A DNA stretch of 64,000 nucleotides from the human T2T-CHM13v2.0 reference genome, Homo sapiens. The stretch lies in NCBI RefSeq assembly GCF_009914755.1, contig NC_060948.1. One strand, 5' to 3'. How positions within the stretch are numbered: the stretch's first letter is position 1; every line of letters begins with the position of its first letter. The position numbers and the translations under genes are program-made. Below the pieces are notes generated by a model that ran no database searches, was not told the DNA's origin, and saw only the letters and a program-made list of their open reading frames with translations. Positions 1 through 11,386 of the stretch are shown here, piece after piece.

Positions 1-699
1 CATTGGAATGGAATGTCCTCTAATGGAATGGATTCGAGTGGAATGGAATCGAATATAATGGAGTCGAATGAAATGGAATTGAAAGGAATGGGATCGAATA
101 CAATGGAATATACTGGAATGTAATGTAATGAACTCGAATGTAATTGACTGGAATGGAATGTACATGAATGGAATGTAATCGAATGGAAAGTAATCCAATG
201 GAATAGAATCTAATGCAATAAAATCGACTCAGATAGAGTAGAATGTAATGGAATGGAGTGCAGTGCAATGGAATGGAAAGGAATGGAACGCAATGGAATG
301 GAATGGAATGCAATGGAATGGAATGGAATGGAATGGAATGGAATGGTGTGGAATGGATAGTAATGGACTGGAGTGAAATGGACTGGAAAGGAATGGACTC
401 AAATTGAAAGGGCTCGAAAGGAATGGAGTCAAATGGAATGGTCTGGAATGGAATGAACACGAATGTAATGCAATCCAATAGAATGGAATCGAATGGCATG
501 GAATATAAAGAAATGGAATCGAAGAGAATGGAAACAAATGGAATGGAATTGAGTGGAATGGAATTGAATGGAATGGGAACGAATGGAGTGAAATTGTATG
601 CAGTAGAAGAGAATAGAATGGAATGCAAGCGAAAGGAAAGGAATGGATTGGAATGGAATGGAATTCATTGGAATGGAAGGGAATGTAGTGTAATGGACA
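1..699. repeat. Partial DYZ1 unit (runs off the left edge)
   Basis: Matches the last ~700 bp of the downstream units, up to the first GGCC at 700. Confidence 0.9.
261..355 (+). repeat. Hypervariable near-perfect (GGAAT)n tract, one per unit (first copy shown)
   Basis: Lies between the CAGTG and GA(T/C)AG landmarks; length 75-105 bp across the 18 copies, in steps of 5. Confidence 0.88.
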
Positions 700-717
700 G
701 GCCTGGAATAAAGTGGA
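564..717. other. Classical DYZ1 sex-typing PCR target (Y1.2/Y1.1-type primer sites, 154 bp); repeated once per unit
   Basis: TTGAATGGAATGGGAACGAATGG at 564-586 and GGACAGGCCTGGAATAAAGTGGA at 695-717 (reverse complement TCCACTTTATTCCAGGCCTGTCC). These match the primer sequences as I recall them. Includes EcoRI GAATTC at 661-666 and StuI AGGCCT at 699-704. Confidence 0.8.
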
Positions 718-1074
718 ATGCTACGGTCTCGAATGGAATAAAAATGTATGGAATGGAATTCAATGAAACGGAATCGAATGTCATAGAATGTAATGGAATG
801 CAAAAAAATGGAATCCAAAATCATTGACTGGAAAGGCTGGGTGTCGAAAGGAATTGACTCCAATGGAATGGAATCGAATGGAATGGAAGTGAATAGAATC
901 GAACTAAATCGAATGGAATGGAATTGATAGGAACGGAATGGAAAGGAATGCAATGATTTGGCATGGAATGGAATCGAATGGCATCGAATGGAATGGAATG
1001 GAATGCAATGGAATGGAATGTATTAGAATGAAATGAACTTTAATGGAATGTACTCGAATGGATTCGACTGGAAT

Positions 1075-1089
1075 GGAATGTTCTGGAAG
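1075..1089. promoter_or_regulatory. Canonical heat-shock element motif HSE-1 (putative HSF1 site); recurs in every unit
   Basis: gGAAtgTTCtgGAAg = nGAAnnTTCnnGAAn; intact in 17/18 copies (TTC>TTG at 29575). Motif only; binding not shown. Confidence 0.6.
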
Positions 1090-1354
1090 TGAATGGACTC
1101 CAATGGAATGGATTCAAAAGGAATGGAATCGTACGGAATGGAATCTAATGGAATGGAATTAAATGGAAATGAATCAAATTGAATAGCACGGAATTGAATT
1201 GAATGGAATCGAATGCAATGGAATCTAATGAAGCGGAAAGGAAAGGAATGGAATGGAATGGAATGGAATGGAATGGAAAGGAATCGAAACGAATGGAATG
1301 GAATCGAACTGAAGAGACTGGAATGGAATGCACTGGAATGGAAGGGAGTTTAAT

Positions 1355-1369
1355 GGAAGGTTCTCGAAA
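1355..1369. promoter_or_regulatory. Canonical heat-shock element motif HSE-2 (putative HSF1 site); recurs in every unit
   Basis: gGAAggTTCtcGAAa; intact in 17/18 copies (GAA>GCA at 22761). Motif only. Confidence 0.6.
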
Positions 1370-2380
1370 AAAATGGAATCGAATGGAATGGAATTGAATG
1401 GAACGGAATAGAGTCGAATGGAATTGAATGGAATGGAATGGACTAGAGTGAAATGGAATCGAACCACAAGGAATGGACATGAATAGAATGGTCTCGAATT
1501 GAATGGAATCGTATGGAATGGCATCAAACGGAATGGAATGGACAGCCACGGAATGGATTGCACTCGAATGCAATGGAGTCGAAACTAATGGACTGGAATA
1601 GAATGGACTCGACTGGTACGGACTCCAATGGAATGGAATCGAATGGAAGGGAATCGAACGGAATGGACTCGAAGGGAAAAGACTGCAATGGAAAGGTCTC
1701 GAATGGAATGGAAATTAATGGAATGGAATGGAATCGAATGAAATGGAGTCAAAAGGAATGAAATCGAATGGCAAGAAATCGAATGTAATGGTATCACAAG
1801 GAATTGATGTGAACGGAACGGAATGGAATGGAATCCAAAGGAATGGAATAGAATGGAATGGAATCGAATGGAAAGGACTCGAATGGAAATCACTCGAATA
1901 GAATGCAATTTAATAAAATAGGATCAAATGTAATGGAATGGAATGGAAGGGAATCGAAACGAAAGGAATGGAGACAGATGGAATGGAATGGAAGAGAGAG
2001 CAATGGTATAGAATGGAATGGAATCATCTGGAACGGAATTGAATGGAATGGAATAATATGAAATGGAATGGAATGGAATGGAATGGAATGCCCTTGAATT
2101 AAATGGACTGGAATGGAATGGACTCGAACAGAGTGGAATGGAAAGTGTTGAGATAGAATGGAATGGACTCCTTTGGAATGGTGTAGTATGCAATGCAATC
2201 GACTGGCAGGGAATCAAAAGGAATGTAATCGAATGGATTGGACTGGAATGCAATGGACTCGAATAGATTGGAAACGGAATGCAAAGGAATGGAATGGAAT
2301 AGTATGGAATGGAATGGAAAGGAATGGAGTGGAATAGACTAGAGTGGAATGGAATGGACTGGAAAGCAATGGACTGGAAT

Positions 2381-2395
2381 GGAACTTTCTTGAAT
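2381..2395. promoter_or_regulatory. Canonical heat-shock element motif HSE-3 (putative HSF1 site); recurs in every unit
   Basis: gGAActTTCttGAAt; intact in 14/18 copies (broken at 23778, 30876, 55813, 62896). Motif only. Confidence 0.55.
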
Positions 2396-4258
2396 GGACT
2401 GGAATCAAACGGAATGGAATGCAATGCAATCAAATGGCATGGAATAAAATAGAATGAAAGAGAATCAAATGGAATTGAATCGAATGGAATCGAATGGATT
2501 GGAAAGGAATAGAATGGAATGGAATGGAATTGACTCAAATGGAATGGACTAGAATGGAATGGATTCGAATGGAAGGCAAAGGAATGGAATCTATTGGAAT
2601 GGACTGTAATGGAATGGAATGGAAGGGATTGGAATGGACTCGAATGGAATGGACTGCAATAGAAAGGATTCGAATGGAATGAAAAAGAATTGAATGGAAT
2701 AGAACAGAATGGAATCAAATCGAATGAAATGGAATGGAATAGAAAGGAATGGAATGAAATGGAATGGAAAGGATTCGAATGGAATGCAATCGAATGGAAT
2801 GGAATCGAACGGAATGGAATAAAATGGAAGAAAACTGGCAAGAAATGGAATCGAAATGAATGGAGTGTTATGGAACGGACTCAAAAGGAATTGAATGTAA
2901 TAGAATGGAGTGGAGTGGACTCGAATATAATGGACTGGAATGGAATGAAATCACATGGAATGGGAACGAATGGAATGGAATGGAAAGGAATGGAATCGAA
3001 TGGAAAGGAATCGAATGGAAGGGAATGAAATTGAATCAACAGGAATGGAAGGGAATAGAATAGACGTTAATGGAATGGACTCGAATAGAATGGACAGGAA
3101 TGCTCAAATTGAATGGACTCGAATGGAATGGAAACGAAAGGAATGTCATCGAATGGAATTGAATCGATTGGAATGAAATCGTATAGAATGGAGTGGAATC
3201 AAATGGAATTGAATCGAAAGGAAAGGAAGCAAATGGACTGAAATGAAATGGAATGGAATTGAATGGAAAGTTATGTAATGGAATAGAATGGAACGAAATT
3301 TCACGGAATGGAATCAAACTGAATGGAATCAAATCAATGGAATCAAATCAAATGGAATGGATAGGAATTGAATGGAGTAGATTGGATTGCATGGGATTGG
3401 AATGAAATGTACTGGAAAGGACTCGAATTTCATGAAACGGAATGGAATGAATTGGAACGGAACGGACTCGAATGGAATGGAATGTCATGGAATGGCATCA
3501 AATGGAATGGCATCAAATGGAATGGAATCGAATGCAATGGAATGCTATGGAATGGAATGGAATGCATTGGAATGGAATGTCCTCTAATGGAATGGATTCG
3601 AGTGGAATGGAATCGAATATAATGGAGTCGAATGAAATGGAATTGAAAGGAATGGGATCGAATACAATGGAATATACTGGAATGTAATGTAATGAACTCG
3701 AATGTAATTGACTGGAATGGAATGTACATGAATGGAATGTAATCGAATGGAAAGTAATCCAATGGAATAGAATCTAATGCAATAAAATCGACTCAGATAG
3801 AGTAGAATGTAATGGAATGGAGTGCAGTGCAATGGAATGGAAAGGAATGGAATGCAATGGAATGGAATGGAATGGAATGGAATGGAATGGAATGGAATGG
3901 AATGGTGTGGAATGGATAGTAATGGACTGGAGTGAAATGGACTGGAAAGGAATGGACTCAAATTGAAAGGGCTCGAAAGGAATGGAGTCAAATGGAATGG
4001 TCTGGAATGGAATGAACACGAATGTAATGCAATCCAATAGAATCGAATCGAATGGCATGGAATATAAAGAAATGGAATCGAAGAGAATGGAAACAAATGG
4101 AATGGAATTGAGTGGAACGGAATTGAATGGAATGGGAACGAATGGAGTGAAATTGTATGCAGTAGAAGAGAATAGAATGGAATGCAAGCGAAAGGAAAGG
4201 AATGGATTGGAATGGAATGGAATTCATTGGAATGGAAGGGAATGTAGTGTAATGGACA

Positions 4259-7200
4259 GGCCTGGAATAAAGTGGAATGCTACGGTCTCGAATGGAATAA
4301 AAATGTATGGAATGGAATGCAATGAAACGGAATCGAATGTCATAGAATGTAATGGAATGCAAAAAAATGGAATCCAAAATCATTGACTGGAAAGGCTGGG
4401 TGTCGAAAGGAATTGACTCCAATGGAATGGAATCGAATGGAATGGAAGTGAATAGAATCGAACTAAATCGAATGGAATGGAATTGATAGGAACGGAATGG
4501 AAAGGAATGCAATGATTTGGCATGGAATGGAATCGAATGGCATCGAATGGAATGGAATGGAATGCAATGGAATGGAATGTATTAGAATGTAATGAACTTT
4601 AATGGAATGTACTCGAATGGATTCGACTGGAATGGAATGTTCTGGAAGTGAATGGACTCCAATGGAATGGATTCAAAAGGAATGGAATCGTACGGAATGG
4701 AATCTAATGGAATGGAATTAAATGGAAATGAATCAAATTGAATAGCACGGAATTGAATTGAATGAAATGGAATGCAATGGAATCTAATGAAACGGAAAGG
4801 AAAGGAATGGAATGGAATGGAATGGGCTGGAATGGAAAGGAATCGAAACGAATGGAATGGAATCAAACTGAAGAGACTGGAATGGAATGCACTGGAATGG
4901 AAGGGAGTGTAATGGAAGGTTCTCGAAAGAAATGGAATCGAATGGAATGGAATTGAATGGAACGGAATAGAGTCGAATGGAATTGAATGGAATGGAATGG
5001 ACTAGAGTGAAATGGAATCGAACCACAAGGAATGGACAGGAATAGAATGGTCTCGAATTGAATGGAATCGTATGGAATGGCATCAAACGGAATGGAATGG
5101 ACAGCCACGGAATGGAATGCACTCGAATGCAATGGAGTCGAAACTAATGGACTGGAATAGAATGGACTCGACTGGTACGGACTCCAATGGAATGGAATCG
5201 AATGGAAGGGAATCGAACGGAATGGACTCGAAGGGAAAAGACTGCAATGGAAAGGTCTCGAATGGAATGGAAATTAATGGAATGGAATGGAATCGAATGA
5301 AATGGAGTCAAAAGGAATGGAATCGAATGGCAAGAAATCAAATGTAATGGAATCGCAAGGAATTGATGTGAACGGAACGGAATGGAATGGAATCCAAAGG
5401 AATGGAATAGAATGGAATGGAATCGAATGGAAAGGACTCGAATGGAAATCACTCGAATAGAATGCAATTTAATAAAATAGGATCAAATGTAATGGAATGG
5501 AATGGAAAGGAATCGAAACGAAAGGAATGGAGACAGATGGAATGGAATGGAACAGAGAGCAATGGTATAGAATGGAATGGAATCATCTGGAATGGAATTG
5601 AATGGAATGGAATAATATGAAATGGAATGGAATGGAATGGAATGGAATGCCCTTGAATTAAATGGACTGGAATGGAATGGACTCGAACAGAGTGGAATGG
5701 AAAGTGTTGAGATAGAATGGAATGGACTCCTTTGGAATGGTCTAGTATGCAATGCAATCGACTGGCAGGAAATCAAAAGGAATGTAATCGAATGGATTGG
5801 ACTGGAATGCAATGGACTCGAATAGATTGGAAACGGAATGCAAAGGAATGGAATGGAATAGTATGGAATGGAATGGAAAGGAATGGAGTGGAATAGACTA
5901 GAGTGGAATGGAATGGACTGGAAAGCAATGGACTGGAATGGAACTTTCTTGAATGGACTGGAATCAAACGGAATGGAATGCAATGCAATCAAATGGCATG
6001 GAATAAAATAGAATGAAAGAGAATCAAATGGAATTGAATCGAATGGAATCGAATGGATTGGAAAGGAATAGAATGGAATGGAATGGAATTGACTCAAATG
6101 GAATGGACTAGAATGGAATGGATTCGAATGGAAGGCAAAGGAATGGAATCTATTGGAATGGACTGTAATGGAATGGAATGGAAGGGATTGGAATGGACTC
6201 GAATGGAATGGACTGCAATAGAAAGGATTCGAATGGAATGAAAAAGAATTGAATGGAATAGAACAGAATGGAATCAAATCGAATGAAATGGAATGGAATA
6301 GAAAGGAATGGAATGAAATGGAATGGAAAGGATTCGAATGGAATGCAATCGAATGGAATGGAATCGAACGGAATGGAATAAAATGGAAGAAAACTGGCAA
6401 GAAATGGAATCGAAATGAATGGAGTGTTATGGAACGGACTCAAAAGGAATTGAATGTAATAGAATGGAGTGGAGTGGACTCGAATATAATGGACTGGAAT
6501 GGAATGAAATCACATGGAATGGGAACGAATGGAATGGAATGGAAAGGAATGGAATCGAATGGAAAGGAATCGAATGGAAGGGAATGAAATTGAATCAACA
6601 GGAATGGAAGGGAATAGAATAGACGGTAATGGAATGGACTCGAATAGAATGGACACGAATGCTCAATTTGAATGGACTCGAATGGAATGGAAACGAAAGG
6701 AATGTCATCGAATGGAATTGAATCGATTGGAATGAAATCGCATAGAATGGAGTGGAATCAAATGGAATTGAATCCAAAGGAAAGGAAGCGAATGGACTGA
6801 AATGAAATGGAATGGAATTGAATGGAAAGTAATGCAATGGAATAGAATGGAACGAAATTTCACGGAATGGAATCAAACTGAATGGAATCAAATCAATGGA
6901 ATATAATCAAATGGAATGGAAAGGAATTGAATGGAGTAGATTGGATTGGATGGGATTGGAATGAAATGTACTGGAAAGGACTCGAATTTCATGAAACGGA
7001 ATGGAATGAATTGGAACGGAATGGACTCGAATGGAATGGAATGTCATGGAATGGCATCAAATGGAATGGCATCAAATGGAATGGAATCGAATGCAATGGA
7101 ATGTTATGGAATGGAATGGAATGCATTGGAATGGAATGTCCTCTAATGGAATGGATTCGAGTGGAATGGAATCGAATATAATGGAGTCGAATGAAATGGA

Positions 7201-7827
7201 ATTGAAAGGAATGGGATCGAATAGAATGGAATATACTGGAATGTAATGTAATGAACTCGAATGTAATTGACTGGAATGGAATGTACATGAATGGAATGTA
7301 ATCGAATGGAAAGTAATCCAATGGAATAGAATCTAATGCAATAAAACCGACTCAGATAGAGTAGAATGTAATGGAATGGAGTGCAGTGCAATGGAATGGA
7401 ATGGAATTGAATGCAATGGAATGGAATGGAATGGAATGGAATGGAATGGAATGGAATGGAATGGGATGGAATGGTATGGAATGGATAGTAATGGACTGGA
7501 GTGAAATGGACTGGAAAGGAATGGACTCAAATTGAAAGGGCTCGAAAGGAATGGAGTCAAATGGAATGGTCTGGAATGGAATGAACACGAATGTAATGCA
7601 ATCCAATAGAATGGAATCGAATGGCATGGAATATAAAGAAATGGATTCGAAGAGAATGGAAACAAATGGAATGGAATTGAATGGAATGGAATTGAATGGA
7701 ATGGGAACGAATGGAGTGAAATTGTATGCAGTAGAAGGGAATAGAATGGAATGCAAGCGAAAGGAAAGGAATGGATTGGAATGGAATGGAATTCATTGGA
7801 ATGGAAGGGAATGTAGTGTAATGGACA
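4259..7827. repeat. DYZ1 unit 2 (3569 bp)
   Basis: GGCC at 4259 to 7828. Confidence 0.93.
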
Positions 7828-10800
7828 GGCCTGGAATAAAGTGGAATGCTACGGTCTCGAATGGAATAAAAATGTATGGAATGGAATGCAATGAAACGGA
7901 ATCGAATGTCATAGAATGTAATGGAATGCAACAAAATGGAATCCAAAATCATTGACTGGAAAGGCTGGGTGTCGAAAGGAATTGACTCCAATGGAATGGA
8001 ATCGAATGGAATGGAAGTGAATAGAATCGAACTAAATCGAATGGAATGGAATTGATAGGAACGGAATGGAAAGGAATGCAATGATTTGGCATGGAATGGA
8101 ATCGAATGGCATCGAATGGAATGGAATGGAATGCAATGGAATTGAATGTATTAGAATGTAATGAACTTTAATGGAATGTACTCGAATGGATTCGACTGGA
8201 ATGGAATGTTCTGGAAGTGAATGGACTCTAATGGAATGGATTCAAAAGGAATGGAATTGTACGGAATGGAATCTAATGGAATGGAATTAAATGGAAATGA
8301 ATCAAATTGAATAGCACGGAATTGAATTGAATGGAATGGAATGCAATGGAATCTAATGAAACGGAAAGGAAAGGAATGGAATGGAATGGAATGGGCTGGA
8401 ATGGAAAGGAATCGAAACGAATGCAATGGAATCGAACTGAAGAGACTGGAATGGAATGCACTGGAATGGAAGGGAGTGTAATGGAAGGTTCTCGAAAAAA
8501 ATGGAATCGAATGGAATGGAATTGAATGGAACGGAATAGAGTCGAATGGAATTGAATGGAATGGAATGGACTAGAGTGAAATGGAATCGAACCACAAGGA
8601 ATGGACAGGAATAGAGTGGTCTCGAATTGAATGGAATCGTATGGAATGGCATCAAACGGAATGGAATGGACAGCCACGGAATGGAATGCACTCGAATGCA
8701 ATGGAGTCGAAACTAATGGACTGGAATAGAATGGACTCGACTGGTACGGACTCCAATGGAATGGAATCGAATGGAAGGGAATCGAACGGAATGGACTCGA
8801 AGGGAAAAGACTGCAATGGAAAGGTCTCGAATGGAATGGAAATTAATGGAATGGAATGGAATCGAATGAAATGGAGTCAAAAGGAATGGAATCGAATGGC
8901 AAGAAATCGAATGTAATGGAATCGCAAGGAATTGATGTGAACGGAACGGAATGGAATGGAATCCAAAGGAATGGAATAGAATGGAATGGAATCGAATGGA
9001 AAGGACTCGAATGGAAATCACTCGAATAGAATGCAATTTAATAAAATAGGATCAAATGTAATGGAATGGAATGGAAAGGAATCGAAACGAAAGGAATGGA
9101 GACAGATGGAATGGAATAGAACAGCGAGCAATGGTATAGAATGGAATGGAATCATCTGGAATGGAATTGAATGGAATGGAATAATATGAAATGGAATGGA
9201 ATGGAATGGAATGGAATGCCCTTGAATTAAATGGACTGGAATGGAATGGACTCGAACAGAGTGGAATGGAAAGTGTTGAGATAGAATGGAATGGACTCCT
9301 TTGGAATGGTGTAGTATGCAATGCAATCGACTGGCAGGGAATCAAAAGGAATGTAATGGAATGGATTGGACTGGAATGCAATGGACTCGAATAGATTGGA
9401 AACGGAATGCAAAGGAATGGAATGGAATAGTATGGAATGGAATGGAAAGGAATGGAGTGGAATAGACTAGAGTGGAATGGAATGGACTGGAAAGCAATGG
9501 ACTGGAATGGAACTTTCTTGAATGGACGGGAATCAAACGGAATGGAATGCAATGCAATCAAATGGCATGGAATAAAATAGAATGAAAGAGAATCAAATGG
9601 AATTGAATCGAATGGAATCGAATGGATTGGAAAGGAATAGAATGGAATGGAATGGAATGGACTCAAATGGAATGGACTAGAATGGAATGGATTCGAATGG
9701 AAGGCAAAGGAATGGAATCTACTGGAATGGACTGTAATGGAATGGAATGGAAGGGATTGGAATGGACTCGAATGGAATGGACTGCAATAGAAAGGATTCG
9801 AATGGAATGAAAAAGAATTGAATGGAATAGAACAGAATGGAATCAAATCGAATGAAATGGAATGGAATAGAAAGGAATGGAATGAAATGGAATGGAAAGG
9901 ATTCGAATGGAATGCAATCGAATGGAATGGAATCGAACGGAATGGAATAAAATGGAAGAAAACTGGCAAGAAATGGAATCGAAATGAATGGAGTGTTATG
10001 GAACGGACTCAAAAGGAATTGAATGTAATAGAATGGAGTGGAGTGGACTCGAATATAATGGACTGGAATGGAATGAAATCACATGGAATGGGAACGAATG
10101 GAATGGAATGGAAAGGAATGGAATCGAATGGAAAGGAATCGAATGGAAGGGAATGAAATTGAATCAACAGGAATGGAAGGGAATAGAATAGATGGTAATG
10201 GAATGGACTCGAATAGAATGGACACGAATGCTCAATTTGAATGGACTCGAATGGAATGGAAACGAAAGGAATGTCATCGAATGGAATTGAATCGATTGGA
10301 ATGAAATCGCATAGAATGGAGTGGAATCAAATGGAATTGAATCGAAAGGAAAGGAAGCGAATGGACTGAAATGAAATGGAATGGAATTGAATGGAAAGTA
10401 ATGCAATGGAATAGAATGGAACGAAATTTCACGGAATGGAATCAAACTGAATGGAATCAAAACAATGGAATCTAATCAAATGGAATGGAAAGGAATTGAA
10501 TGGAGTAGATTGGATTGGATGGGATTGGAATGAAATGTACTGGAAAGGACTCGAATTTCATGAAACGGAGTGGAATGAATTGGAACGGAATGGAATCGAA
10601 TGGAATGGAATGTCATGGAATGGCATCAAATGGAATGGAATCGAATGCAATGGAATGTTATGGAATGGAATGGAATGCATTGGAATGGAATGTCCTCTAA
10701 TGGAATGGATTCGAGTGGAATGGAATCGAATATAATGGAGTCGAATGAAATGGAATTGAAAGGAATGGGATCGAATAGAATGGAATATACTGGAATGTAA

Positions 10801-11386
10801 TGTAATGAACTCGAATGTAATTGACTGGAATGGAATGTACATGAATGGAAGGTAATCGAATGGAAAGTAATCCAATGGAATAGAATCTAATGCAATAAAA
10901 CCGACTCAGATAGAGTAGAATGTAATGGAATGGAGTGCAGTGCAATGGAATGGAATGGAATTGAATGCAATGGAATGGAATGGAATGGAATGGAATGGAA
11001 TGGAATGGAATGGAATGGAATGGGATGGAATGGTATGGAATGGATAGTAATGGACTGGAGTGAAATGGACTGGAAAGGAATGGACTCAAATTGAAAGGGC
11101 TCGAAAGGAATGGAGTCAAATGGAATGGTCTGGAATGGAATGAACACGAATGTAATGCAATCCAATAGAATGGAATCGAATGGCATGGAATATAAAGAAA
11201 TGGATTCGAAGAGAATGGAAACAAATGGAATGGAATTGAATGGAATGGAATTGAATGGAATGGGAACGAATGGAGTGAAATTGTATGCAGTAGAAGGGAA
11301 TAGAATGGAATGCAAGCGAAAGGAAAGGAATGGAATGGAATGGAATGGAATTCATTGGAATGGAAGGGAATGTAGTGTAATGGACA
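7828..11386. repeat. DYZ1 unit 3 (3559 bp)
   Basis: GGCC at 7828 to 11387; 15-bp loss near 10621. Confidence 0.93.

Larger units (their letters stand above)
700..4258. repeat. DYZ1 unit 1 (3559 bp)
   Basis: GGCC at 700 to next GGCC at 4259. Confidence 0.93.

Noticed and set aside
261-355. G-quadruplex or hairpin potential of (GGAAT)n
   Set aside because: Only GG runs are present. Unusual G-A paired structures are a known generic property of the pentamer and nothing here is specific to this window.
217-2823. Several AATAAA hexamers per unit (e.g. 217, 707, 737, 1912, 2443, 2818) as polyadenylation signals
   Set aside because: They arise easily from GAATG-GAATG by substitution. There is no transcript evidence in the sequence alone.
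1924-2841. Recurrent 305-aa minus-strand ORF (MPVFFHFIPF...)
   Set aside because: It is the longest ORF but is low-complexity, interrupted by stops or frameshifted in several copies (e.g. 16635, 20209, 27317, 34090, 52457). Its persistence is explained by high unit identity.
10468-10478. GAATCTAATCA resembling a DUX4 motif in some copies
   Set aside because: It is an imperfect match, polymorphic between units and expected by chance in this composition.
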